Below are positions 1 to 11,216 of a stretch of DNA of 20,000 nucleotides, piece after piece. The stretch lies in NCBI GenBank assembly GCA_000934665.2, contig KZ538698.1, positions 45,748 through 65,747 on the forward strand. The letters are read 5' to 3'. This stretch comes from Catajapyx aquilonaris (Eukaryota). Numbering within the stretch: the stretch's first letter is position 1; every line of letters begins with the position of its first letter. The notes below the pieces were generated by a model, which saw nothing but the letters and a program-made list of their open reading frames with translations, made no database searches and had not been told where the DNA came from. A program made the translations under genes and the position numbers.

Positions 1-210
1 TATTATTTCTATTTATGGAAAAATTGTGGAAATCTTGGAACCTATCTCATTTACTTACATTATAAAAATTTTTGTCTTGCGTTAAGCCTTTTCACTTGAC
101 GCCGCTATGTTGCTGGAACCAATTAAAGGCGTAAAATTGGTATTTCCTGCACTGACATTGCAATGCTAACTTCTAAAAATGTCAATGATGGAACTAACAA
201 TTATTATTAA

Positions 211-1092
211 CCCTGTAGCGGGCATTGTTGCCTGAGGGCAACAATTAATTTGCGCAGGCGCCATAAGCTTCAACATTGGTCCTGGAAACCACAGTGTGGC
301 TTGATGTCACCGTTAGTTTCTTAGCTTCCGCTGGATGACATGCAATGTTGACAATGTTACGATCGGGATATGGTATGAAGCGGAGAGAAGCCAAGGTCGT
401 TGAAAATGGCGCGAAATTTGAATTTGCTGAAGCAGCAATTGTTTCTGGAGCTGATTAGATATAGGTGCAGATATTAAATATCCAATTGCATGTGTAACAC
501 TGCAAGAGTAGCTCTCTCGTCGCCATTTGAGGCCATTCTAATTTTGCCAGCACAATTTCATCACAATTTTTTGGCGGCGCAGGCACATATATTGCTTGAG
601 GTTTGAGTCCTAAGTCATTGTACTATTTTTATTCGAAAATGGAAATATGTACAGATATGACCATTACTACGTTTTAAAGGCCCGGCGATTACAATTTGGA
701 CTGGAATATAGATGGCCCAGAGATCTCAAGGGGAGCCGGTAAACGACAGGGGATCGTGACCCCCCACCCCGAGCTGCATGAGACGGTGGAAGGGTGGGGG
801 TTATGATCGCCTTTAGTTATCTGGTCCCCTTTGCGATATGGATGCCATCTATTTATCAGATGAAATTGTAATCACCGGACCTTCAAAACTTAGCAAAGAT
901 CATCTCTGTATGTGTTACCATTTTTGAATAAAAAAATACTCGCCTTGACTTTTGACTCACCCGGTGTAACTTCAAAGTCATTGGGTCAGAGATGACCAAA
1001 ACATAATAAAAACCATCCTTACGTCGCATATGATGAGAAAAAGGCGTTAGAATTTTTTTCTTCCCACAATCCTAAATTGGTGCAGTACAGGG
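211..1092. mobile_element. Putative non-autonomous piggyBac-like element
   Basis: TTAA (207-210)|CCCTGTA ... TACAGGG|TTAA (1093-1096): CCC/GGG termini with TTAA TSD. The TIR match is only 7 bp and there is no transposase ORF. Confidence 0.5.
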
Positions 1093-2028
1093 TTAACGGT
1101 CGATGACACCAGTACTTCACTGGGTCTTTAGAGAAGCTTATTTTGTTGGAAAAAAAACTGGTGCTTATTCAAAACCAGCTTAATGATTTCTTAATTAACC
1201 CTCACTTATGCAAGTGTGCCCACCCAACACTAACTGTATGCAACCCCATGAACAGATGAACGAGTCACTCAGGCACCAACACAAGAGGAAGGCATTCACC
1301 AGTCCCACCAACCAGCAATAACAGTTAAGTCTCTTGATACATCCACTGGACTCTTTCTTACTATGGGAATTGCTTATGTCATATGGTAAACCCCCTCCAT
1401 GAGAAATCAATGTTTTTGTTTTTAATACCTTGTGATAGGGCTTGAGAAATCAATGTTATCAAAAGGACTGTCCTTACTACCTCAACTTGCCACCATTACT
1501 TGATTCCATCACATAATTATTAACTCAATACTGTCATTTGAAAGGACAATCTTCTGCAATACAACATGTTCATTTTGACAAGCCCCTCATCCATCAGAAA
1601 GGTATATGCAGCAAGCACATTTCAGTAATTTATGGCTGTGTTACATCAGTAGGCAGCCTGGTACTGTACTTGTGCACAAGTTTCTGAACTCGCTGGGAGC
1701 ATGGAAACCAGTGAAGCTTCTGAGACCTAATGTTAGGATGCATCCTGGTCGCACCGAGAACTGCCCCCTAAACCCAGGAGTAGTTTGATGTCACAGGGGA
1801 AGAAGAAGGATCTTCAGAATGTAGGAATACCTTCCAGATAAGCACCGGCAGTTCTACTTTGATTTGTGTCATAAAATTATGAGCCATAATGTCATAACAG
1901 TCATGAAATAAAATTTTACACGACTACCTCCAATGGCAGTTACCTCCTTTTTTGCTGACGGGGTCAACCTCTTTTTCTTTCTTCATCTATGTATTTGGAA
2001 TGCCACACACTTGTAACTTCTTGACACT

Positions 2029-3268
2029 AACAGAGTTTATTGGGCGATATAGCCTATAAAATACCCTCCACCCATTCCTACAGGGATAACAAAAACACCA
2101 TAAAAATTAAAATGTTTGGTTCTCTGCCTCAGTCCCAGCACTCGTCCAACCCCACAGCGCCAGGCCCTGAACCACCAGCCCTGTCTTCTTTTTCATTGTC
2201 TGGTATCGTCACCAGTTCGTCTCCCCAAGCGCTAGTGCACCTCGTCCTGAGCCATCACTGCCAGCCCAAACAGCTCCATCATGTCTCGAGTCGTCGCTCT
2301 CTCCCGGCTAGGAGACATCGGGCTCCACATCCTGTCGTTGCCCCCAGTTGCGGCCGGCATTCAGCTCAGTTAGAAGATGGTTAGCCACCAGGGAAAAGTT
2401 GTTAAAGATAGGCAGCATCGTGGCGGTGACCAGAGCCTCCCTAGAGCAGGGACATCCAAGCCTCTTTGACACAGCCGTACATCGTAACATCCTGCGTGCT
2501 TCGGCTATTTCAGGTAGGGAGCAGTCTCATATGATGTGCACAGCTGATTGATTGCCCCTCTTGCATTGACACCTCATCCCTGACGGATCATCCTCTTCTT
2601 CCTGTCCCCCATCTGCTCTTCTTCCCAGATGGAATCGGCCGAGGTAGGTTTTATATGGTCCATGACCCTATATCAACCTTGCCAGATGGCCATGGATATG
2701 TCTCCGGGTCGATACAGTAGGGAAGAACGCAAAGTACCACGAGTCCCTCTGCCGCTCCCACTCACTCTGCCAGGTATCCACCGCCATACACATCGCACGT
2801 CGTCGCACTCCCACGGGGAATCCGGGAGGAATCGACGTCCCACCATGACCATGAGTGTCATCACCTTCTTGGCCTTCTCGTCAGCAAGCTCATTCCCCAA
2901 CCTTAGTTCCCTGATGCCCCTTCACCCAGCATAGGCCAATCTCTCGTCCAGCACTCTTCAGGACCCTCTGTGCGTGCAGGGCTGGTGCCAAGGTGGAACG
3001 GGGATTCACCACCATCTGTAGAGCCGACAGGAAGTCCGAGACCACCCAGACAGGTCGTCTCGAACCAGAGGCCGCGGCCATCTCCACCGCTTGGACGATC
3101 ATTTCCAACTCAATGTCGAAGATCCCCATTTGAGTAGCAAAGGGGAAGGTGTCGCAAGCGACAACCCGCAATCCAGCATCCATGGTCACCACTGCTCCTC
3201 CAGTGCCCCGCTTCATGACCAAACTGTCCGTGAAATAGAGGTGGTCCACTCCGATTGGCGTCCCATCC
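2029..3268 (-). mobile_element. 5'-truncated, decayed R1-like non-LTR retrotransposon (RNase H + C-terminal zinc finger)
   Basis: RNase H motifs YFTDS, IFDIELE, VVSDFLSAL, LCWVKGHQG..GNELADEKAK; then GHGPYKTYLGRF and CQC-x7-H-x4-C, with frameshifts and stops. 15-bp TSD TAACTTCTTGACACT at 2014-2028 and 3278-3292; AATAAA near the 3' end. Confidence 0.9.
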
Positions 3269-4560
3269 CTTGACACTTAACTTCTTGACACTGTGCCACT
3301 CTTTCTGCTCATTCATTCATGCTACTTGCTTTAGCCCTTGCTTTAACAATTTTGTGTTCGGTAAAAGCAATAGCATAAATAAATGTCTTCCCTGAAAACT
3401 ACGATTTTGGCAGTTACCTCCTTATTGCCCTGTGCCCTATATATTCAAATAGGACCTGTGCATAAACATATGGTGAGTTGGACCATGATGTGCTAATCAA
3501 TTTCTTTTGTGCACACTAATTGTTTTAAGAGGGCAGTCACTCAAACATGGGATTAAGGAGTTGGATTTGTGTCCCTTTGAATAGAGTCCAATTGTTGAGT
3601 TCAGAATGGCTTGTGTTGGATCTTGTCTGTAATCATTGTACACTCACCTTTGAATAATTTTTTTTTAAAGCTCTTCTCACATATTACAACCATTTCCATG
3701 GAAATATGACCTTAACCCTCCAGCTTAATATCTCTCCTCTTCATTATCACCTGCATTTAGTACCATTCTTCCATGTGTTTGGAAAGGTGTCCAAAAGGCT
3801 GGGGAGAAAATGTGACATATTTTATTCCTTACAAAAATACAGTCTGTTTGTCGACCAACAATAAATAATACCTCGATCGAGTCTAGAGAAGGCACAAGTT
3901 CGTTCAACAAAATAAGTACCCGAAGAATAATTTTTTGTTTAAATCTATGAAAATGAAATGGTCATTTTCTTTGAACTGGAAACTGACTAGCTTTAGTACA
4001 AAATGAGATTTAATGTACTGTACAATATGTTCTTTGACAATATTATCTAGGTCCTAGGATGTGCAGTGAAATAGGGAACCTTATTCACAAGTTTCACGCT
4101 AATATCACTAGAAATAATGCGGACTAAAATTTACTGTTCCACAGATATCACAACAAAAAATTATTTTGGTCAAAGACAAAAGCAATCATTGGACAGCTCT
4201 TTATTAACACTTCTTTAGCATGTGTTACATAAGTGCACCAAAAAATTAACTGTCTTATTATAGTAATATATTCCTCTCTTGAGACAATTACCATTCAATA
4301 CGGTATTGGACACAAGGTTAACTAAAACATGCCAAGAAAATCAGATAAATATGAAAACCAGAATGGCAACTGCCTAACAACTTGCAAATACACAAACTAA
4401 CAAAATTCAAAGAAGGTCTGTTCTGGATTCACTGAACATCCAAGTGGTGGCCTTCTCATGGGGGCATCTGCTTTGAAGAATACGCTACACAACAAAGAGG
4501 AATAATGGGTTATTTATATGAATTACCATTGAATCACTTCATTAGAAATGGTCTACAGTT

Positions 4561-4869
4561 TATAGAGGCCGGTAATCTGGCCAAGTAATCAGGACCTGTT
4601 ATATTGGGACAAAATACAACTGCCAAGGAAAACACATTGGCAGATACCTGTGCATGAAACTTCAAAGGTGGAATGTTCCACAGTTGGAACACTAAGTTCG
4701 TGAGAAATTTGATCTGGCGTTCGACCGATGCTTCTGACTTGGGACTGTAGTAGTAGTAGGCTACTAGTGATAGTAGTAGTAGTAGAAGTGGTAGTAGTAG
4801 TAGTAGAAGTGGTAGTGGTAGTAGTAGTAGTAGTAGTGGTAGTAGTAGTAGTAGTAGCAGTAGTAGTAG
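4561..4869 (+). mobile_element. Probable 3' terminal fragment of an RTE-type LINE with (GTA)n tail
   Basis: Degenerate PRK..W and ..RNLIWRS motifs resembling the RTE C-terminus, followed directly by a (GTA)n tail. Possible 7-bp TSD TACAGTT at 4554-4560 and 4870-4876. Confidence 0.45.
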
Positions 4870-4871
4870 TA
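4747..4871 (+). repeat. Imperfect (GTA)n microsatellite
   Basis: Seen directly; it explains the poly-T and poly-V ORFs in the track. Confidence 0.97.
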
Positions 4872-5616
4872 CAGTTGAATCCGTACATAACAGACTTCAA
4901 GGAACTGCGTCTATTTTAACCTAGGTCTGTTAGCCAAATCACCACTTTTTCAGCGAAAACACAAAGTTTTCTACCTTCCATAGGACTATAATGCACACTA
5001 CTGCATACTGATTATATTAATGAAACTATCCATGAAAATGCAAAGTTAGCTCACCCGAAAATGCAGGACCAAAAAACCCATAATTTTCTTTTGTGGTCTC
5101 CTTGTTGCCAAATACTGGATACCAGAAAAAGAATTACATATTTTGACTCTTTCTACAAGTGTAAAGAGCACCTCTGAAACTTGCATGAAATTTTGGCCCC
5201 CTTCGTCGGAATAACTGCCTCTTTCAGGAATGGGCTCAGGTATAGTGTGCCAAACCCTATAGGAATCAAAGTCAGCTCTGTGACCCATGACAAACGATAG
5301 AAAACATTGAACAGAGCACATGTGTGGTGGAAAACTTTCCAGTAGAAAGCTTAGTGTTAGATCAGTGACATGTGGGAAAATTACCCCCGCTCCAGTATGC
5401 AGTGCCTTCCTCGTGTGGAAAATGAAGCTGAGTAATCAAAAGCACCATATTTTTCCAGAAGAAGCAAGACATGGTATGATGCGAAAAATGAGTCTGTTAT
5501 TTCAGGAGTAAAAATACACAGGGCCTTATGGAAGTATGCTGGGACTGGCCTTTTGCATCTGTTATAACTGAAAGTCTGTTACAGCAGAGGTCGTTAAGTA
5601 GCTACAGATTCAACTG
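4872..5616. mobile_element. Non-autonomous Tc1/mariner (pogo/Tigger-like) element, copy A
   Basis: TA|CAGTTGAATCC..ATAAC left end and GATTCAACTG right end. Its right subterminal region (~5485-5600) is repeated at ~5955-6062. Confidence 0.7.
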
Positions 5617-5724
5617 TTTTTCAACAGTTTTGAGGTTTTCATATCAGCAGAAACTGTTTAATATTCATTGGGAAAACATTACACAGTTTCTGCTGATATG
5701 AAAAACCTCAAAACTGTTGAAAAA

Positions 5725-6084
5725 CAGTTGAATGTGTACATAACAACCTCTGCTGTAACAGACTTATACTGTACGTGTCTTATTGAGTTTGTACCCTCAT
5801 CTTTCCTCTACATACCCATGTGCATATCACAACGATTACTTTATCTGTTACAAAAATATTTACATTTAAATATGTCACAAAGTCACCCGGCTATGAGGGG
5901 TGATTTTGTGAGGCAACTAGGCAAAAATGGTCTGTTATTGCCGAGGTGAGGTAAAAATGAGTCTGTTATTATGTCAGGAGAAAAAATACACATGGCCTTA
6001 TGGAATTATGCCGGGACAGGCCTTTCGAGTCTGTTACAACCGAAAGTCTGTTATAACTGAGGCTTTTATATCTGGAGTCAACTG
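5725..6084. mobile_element. Non-autonomous pogo/Tigger-like element, copy B (same family as copy A)
   Basis: CAGTTGAAT left end; GGAGTCAACTG|TA right end; shares its right subterminal sequence with copy A. Confidence 0.65.
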
Positions 6085-6608
6085 TATTATGAGAAACATT
6101 CGGTCAATTTTTCGCCCCCTTTTCGTTCAAGACCTTAACTTTGTGAAGTCCTCAGAGGCCAATTTTCTTGGGCTAATTTTTTATTGTTATAATTTCAAGT
6201 TGTACAGTACCCAAAGGGACCGGATCACAGGTGAAAACTTTAAATTATATTCGTGGACTGACTTTGTGACAAGATGATGCTGTCACAAAGTCACCCCGCA
6301 AAACTATGAAATTATCCCAATACCCCCCCTTCATATCTTCCACAAAACAGGTTCAATCTTGCATCATCTTTGATCATTTCTTAGCCAATGTATCTATCTT
6401 TTAAAAAAATTACATGTTTTACTCTCTTCGCACCTGTGCCAGTTGTTATTATAAGGAAATTAGTCGAAGGTAGAGACAACAATCCTCACAGTGTACAGAC
6501 TTGGAATGTGACTACCAACAATGCATGAGGTACAGGAGCTTTCGCAGCTGGCCTCTAGGTGATACTACATACCTGCTTTCCTGCTCCTCTGCCTCCCTTA
6601 TCAACCGA

Positions 6609-6806
6609 TTAAATACATCTCTCATAGTGGGCCCTCTGGCAGTCTGCACTTCTTGGGAGAAGCTGGCGCTGCCCACGCTTGAAGCTGTCATGTCTATATT
6701 CATGGACCACGTGGTTCTCATGAGTGACACAAATGAAACCGTGAGTCTGGAGAACTCGAAGGAAATCACTGGCGCTGCTGATCCCGTACATGCTTAGGTA
6801 CTGCTC
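6609..6806 (-). CDS. Exon encoding the C-terminal half of a divergent HSF-type DNA-binding domain
   Basis: Acceptor TTTTTCATACAG| at 6807. Reads EQYLSMYGISSASDFLRVLQTHGFICVTHENHVVHEYRHDSFKRGQRQLLPRSADCQRAHYERCI*, matching the HSF motifs FVRQLNMYGFRKV and EFQHPCFLRGQEQLL. Confidence 0.72.
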   Translation of the reverse strand, partial: EQYLSMYGISSASDFLRVLQTHGFICVTHENHVVHEYRHDSFKRGQRQLLPRSADCQRAHYERCI

Positions 6807-6865
6807 CTGTATGAAAAATTACAAATGACACCTGTCATATACACCAGTAGGTTACTTGTATACAC

Positions 6866-6886
6866 CTGATCCATCCTGAAGAGATG
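6866..6886 (-). CDS. Candidate micro-exon of the HSF-like gene (HLFRMDQ)
   Basis: CATTGCAG|CATCTCTTCAGGATGGATCAG|GTGTAT, with a 59-nt intron to the 6806 exon in phase 0. FRMDQEQY aligns with HSF1 FHVFDQGQF. An alternative 10-nt version using CTCTTCAG| is possible. Confidence 0.45.
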
Positions 6887-6936
6887 CTGCAATGAGTTAC
6901 AGTATCAATTCCTCTCTCAATTAAATAAGGAATTGC

Positions 6937-7288
6937 GGGGAGGTGTAGATGGCCGAGATGGTAACGTCTCGGCTTGCTGAGTGAAAGGCCCCAGGTTCGA
7001 TCCCCGCCTGGGGAACTTTCCTTTCACCTGCGTCAGGAGGGTCTCTGACCTGCACCAAGGAGGTGTCTGGCAACCTAACCTCCTGGGGAACAGCACATGA
7101 CCCCTTTACAGACCTTGCACTTGCACCTATATGTTCCCTCCCCAAAAATCCCTACCCCTACCCTACATCCTTGAATCCTTGCACCGGAGACTGAAGTTAA
7201 TATCTAGAAAAATGGAATTAAATGGTGGTATTCCACCCCCCTAAAAAGGCTCTGCATTATCACGGGGTATAATAATAATAATAATAAC

Positions 7289-7354
<66 letters not shown>
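6937..7354 (+). mobile_element. tRNA-derived SINE with (AAT)n tail
   Basis: A box TGGCCGAGATGG (~6950), B box GGTTCGATCCC (~6992), (AAT)n tail 7268-7354, 13-bp TSD AATAAGGAATTGC at 6924-6936 and 7355-7367. Confidence 0.9.
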
Positions 7355-7359
<5 letters not shown>

Positions 7360-7375
7360 GGAATTGCCCATCTTA

Positions 7376-7556
7376 AGGGTGGTATCCACTGCTCAATATC
7401 AAGGGGTTTCAACCTGTTCAACATTTTGAATCAACTCCTTGAGCGGGCTTGAACCGAGTAGAGCACGGCCCTACTCAGTTCAAGCCTGCTTAAGGGGTTG
7501 ATTCAAGGAGTTGAACGGGTTGAAACCCCTTAATATTGAGCAATGGATACCACCCT
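7376..7556. mobile_element. PIF/Harbinger-type palindromic MITE
   Basis: TTA|AGGGTGGTATCCA ... TGGATACCACCCT|TTA. The whole 181 bp folds as an imperfect hairpin; 3-bp TTA TSD. Confidence 0.85.
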
Positions 7557-8259
7557 TTAGATTAGACATGCAACTCACAATTTTGACATAACTTATGCAA
7601 AATTATTGTTTAATTGACTTATGACATATTCATAAGTGAAATACTACTGCACCCAAAACTTAATATACCGCATAAACACAAGTATTTTACCATTAATTTT
7701 ACTGTACTGGGACAACATATTGTATATTTACCAAATATTGACCCATATATTACAGTACTGGCTTTATGATTTACACTGCAACATCTGATAATAATGGGCA
7801 GCTGCAAGTTGTTACTTGTTTAGCACAGGAGAAGCAAGCCAATGATTTATAGAATTCTTCTAGAAGCTAAACATATTAGAACCTAGCTACTAAAATAATG
7901 GAAAATGACTATTATCATACTAACTCAAGATCTCTGAGGCGAATTTTGAGTAAAATCTGTGAAATGCACTGAGTTACTGAAAGTTATGTGAATTGCAAAG
8001 AGGGTCTTGGAAGAGTGTGGAGACCACCACAATGTTAAAAATGTCTACTATCCTGTTGCACCACTGCTGGTAGACTGTTAATGAAGACTTTATTATTTTG
8101 GGTTGGCAACAAGAACCTCGCCATATTGCAATGACTTCAATCCACTGTCTAAAAAGTGGGCCTTTGAAATGGAATGCTATTCCCAGTTTAAAAAATAATG
8201 CAGGAAAATGCAACCCATTTCCTTCACAGACAAAACGTTTTCATTTGGTATGGAGATTT

Positions 8260-8510
8260 CGTCGTTAATCTGACAAAAGGACGAATTCAACATTTCCTAA
8301 TTTTACAGGAGAGCCAAAAGAAACCTGCAAACTGCTATACAAATATTGGACATAAGATGGCCTTTTAATTTTCCGCTATAACTCTGACGCACTTGTCCCA
8401 CGTGTTCCCCGTTTTGTCAGAATGTGACTCAACACTTGATGGTGCTGGCAGAGGCCATGACTAGATTTTAGAAAAAATGTCGAATTCGTCCTTTTGTCAG
8501 ATTTACGACG
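8260..8510. mobile_element. MITE with ~40-bp TIRs, superfamily unassigned
   Basis: CGTCGTTAATCTGACAAAAGGACGAATTC ... GAATTCGTCCTTTTGTCAGATTTACGACG; no clear TSD. Confidence 0.75.
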
Positions 8511-9499
8511 ACCTGCTTGATTCCTTTGTTTCCACGGAAAAGATGTGTTGCAGAATCAGTTTCGACTCATTTCTGAATAATTATTTGATATATTGAAACT
8601 CAATTTTTGCCTCCTTTGATCACCAAATGGAAAATCTGGATTTGAAAATTCACTTAGCTTCGAACTTTAAATGGTCGCAGATGATTATTTGCAAATATTT
8701 ATTTGCTTTTAATCCGGAAATGACAAAAAATGCTCAATTTTTGGAGTTGTGTATTGTTTACTGAAAGTAATAGTTCTTAAAATAATTTGTACTCCAGAAA
8801 TTATATAATTTTAGCATACATATTGCAACTCCAAATATTGCCAATTTTCTATCAATTTATTTTAGTTTTTTAATACTCTATACTCCTTTTAGCCCTTTGT
8901 GTCCGCCTTATATTACACCAATTGTCTGCAGATGCAGTGAACCTTTGCATTAACAATGTTGTGCCAACTATATGGGAATATGAGAACCCTAGTGATGAAA
9001 TCTGTTACTTATTCTAAATGTTGAAGAAAGAACAGTTTTTGAGAAGTTTACAACTACACAACATATGGGGTAGAATGTTAATGCTGTACAGTACAGGTAT
9101 ATTTAAAAATAAGATTCATGGGCTCAGAGCATACAGATCTGATAACAGATGACGTGGCAGCTCATGTTGAATTTCCCATCACCCAACACCTGTTAATAAG
9201 TAGTCACGACTTTGTGCCTGTTGGCTCCAATTAACTTTCCTCGCATATGTTTTTAATGCCACCATTGCATTGTGGTCATCCTTTATGGGATTATTTCAGA
9301 AATGAGGAAAATATACCAGTGACTATGCTTATGACTGTGTGCCTTTAACAATATATTGTATGAATAATTTTAAACCTAGACAACAATAATTGTCTTAATT
9401 GCTACCTTGTAGCAAGAATAACTAAAAATAATTTCAGAGCTGCTCATCATTATTAAATGAGTCGAGTCCAGTGATAGAGCCTACTTGGAATAGTCTCAC

Positions 9500-9554
9500 C
9501 CTGAATTATGCTTCCAGAATAGATTGTACATGAACACTTTTGTGGATGAAATGC
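9500..9554 (-). CDS. Candidate upstream exon of the HSF-like gene (ISSTKVFMYNLFWKHNSG)
   Basis: TATTAAG| acceptor and GG|GTGAGA donor. VFMYNLF resembles HSF helix 1 (AFLTKLW). Speculative. Confidence 0.25.
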
Positions 9555-9561
9555 CTTAATA

Positions 9562-9873
9562 TAATAATAATACAATATAATAATTTGTACCCCGTGCTAG
9601 GGCCATGGGCCCTCTTAGGGAGGTGGGATCCCACCTTATTTTTTTTATCTGGAACTCTTGCTTTCGTTTTTACTTCTCGTATATGGGGATGGGATAGGGA
9701 CGGAAGGAAGCGGCTGTGGCCTATAATTACGGGCCCGACCCCAGAATTTTCCTGGTGAGACCATGGGAAACCACAGAAAACCACGGTCAGGGTCGGCGGC
9801 CACCGGGATTCAAACCCAGTACCTCCCGATTAGCAGTCGGATACCAAATCCCCCCCGCTACCACTGCTTCGGT
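9562..9873 (-). mobile_element. tRNA-derived SINE
   Basis: Minus strand: B-box-like GGGTTTGAATCCC, GTTTTCTGTGGTTTCCC core, (TAT)n tail; 16-bp TSD ATGAAATGCCTTAATA at 9546-9561 and 9874-9889. Confidence 0.88.
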
Positions 9874-10157
9874 ATGAAATGCCTTAATAAAAACCAGCGA
9901 GGGGGTTTGCCAAATGATGACAAGAGGGGGAGAGAGGGCGATTGGCTTTAAAAATTTCAAAAATGTGATGTCGTATTACGTGAATCAACGCATATTAGTC
10001 TATTATTGGGAACAACCTAACAAGAGATTTCTGTGACATGAACCCAAACCGATCCTCCAACATATTGAATATATTGATAAATTCAGTCGAAAACCATGTC
10101 ATTCAAAAATGTTCATCCTGTGGGGAGCTGTTCTGCCCAAGTGTCAGCCTATGTATA

Positions 10158-10269
10158 CAGTCCTTGAATCCGGATATATAACAGCCTTGGCTATAACAGA
10201 CCTCAGTTATAAGTTATAACAGACTGATTTCCTCGATCCCTTGAAGTATGTTTTATAGAAGTTTTACTG
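10158..10269. mobile_element. Short chimeric pogo/Tigger-like remnant
   Basis: Left end TA|CAGTCCTTGAATCCGGATATATAAC resembles the 4872 family; right end TTATAGAAGTTTTACTG|TA is identical to the TIR of the adjacent 10274 element. Confidence 0.55.
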
Positions 10270-10273
10270 TATA

Positions 10274-10837
10274 CAGTAAAACTTCTATAAATCGAATCTC
10301 CATGGGACCGGGAAAAAACTTCGAGTTATAGAAGATTCCAGTTAGAGAAGTTTGGATTTTTAAAGCACAGAACTCTGTAAGAGAGCCTATCTTTATATGC
10401 AGCGATGAAAGGTGTTCAAAACTTAAAAATAACTGTCACTATCACACTTACAATGTTCCTCATTGTTTTGTTGAGAAAAAATCTGTTATGGACATTTGCC
10501 TACTCTTAGATTCAAGGATTCAATTGTCACAATCGAGTCAAACACTTCTTTCGGTACGTCTGGTAGACGGAGATCAGGAAATTGAGCCTTTCTGTACATG
10601 TGGCCTACTGTCGACCCTTCGGCTGGGAAATGAGAAAATTTTCCTTACTCGCCAACATGAACTTCGACTTAGGGAGACTGAAAATGCATTGATATCCCAT
10701 CGTAAGGCCCTGCCTGCACTTCGAGTTATGGAGAACTTCCAGTTAGGGAAGTTTATTTCCTATTATTTTACATTGTGACCAACCAAGCTCATCATTTTCT
10801 TCGACTTAGGGAAGTTCGACTTATAGAAGTTTTACTG
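10274..10837. mobile_element. Non-autonomous pogo/Tigger-like element
   Basis: TA|CAGTAAAACTTCTATAA ... TTATAGAAGTTTTACTG|TA (17-bp perfect TIR, TA TSD); internal TTCGA(G/C)TTA repeats. Confidence 0.88.
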
Positions 10838-10838
10838 T

Positions 10839-11000
10839 ATGTTTGAGGAGCTGAATGTGCTCAACACTTCTCTGCAAGAGGTCAAATCAAGCAACATTGT
10901 TTCATAGCATGAAAACAAGTGAAATTTTTCTTCAACTCGAACTCTGGCTGGCAGGAAAAAGTTGAGAAATCTACATTTGAAATGTTTCATCGGCTACAGG
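10839..11000 (+). pseudogene. Decayed hAT (Buster/Charlie-like) transposase fragment
   Basis: MFEELNVLNTSLQ ... LELW / QEKVEKSTFEMFHRL with stops and frameshifts, resembling the Buster-type IFxxLNxLNxSLQG...KLxLW...FxMFPxL region. Confidence 0.7.
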
Positions 11001-11216
11001 AGTGTGTCGAGGACAGTGGCTCAAAATTCAAGAGCGAGTCACCTCCACACACTTGCAAAAAAGGAGGGTTTCGGGGAGGGGGTCACGCATTTATGGAAAC
11101 ATGCCCAAAACTTCTTGAGTTAGGTTAAAATGAACTCTGTCAGGTAAAAAATTCCAGCACAAACACAACACTGTAGTGTGAAGTATATTTGACTTTATCC
11201 CCAAAAAGGCCAGCAT

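Noticed and set aside
1195..3910. Endogenous viral glycoprotein or extra exons in the Cys-rich decayed frames flanking the LINE
   Set aside because: Many stops in all frames, implied introns of only 21-26 nt, and no motif strong enough to call.
4589..4919. Poly-T/poly-V ORFs (also poly-L 7204-7389 and poly-N/I 15373-15615)
   Set aside because: Artefacts of trinucleotide microsatellite tails.
6512..6769. 85-aa ORF MISFEFSRL... and the plus-strand 98-aa ORF
   Set aside because: No recognisable motifs; the overlapping frame with HSF motifs and an in-phase acceptor is better supported.
6937..7015. Functional tRNA gene (also 15825-15901 and 9800-9873)
   Set aside because: A/B boxes are present but run into non-tRNA bodies, microsatellite tails and TSDs, so these are SINE heads.
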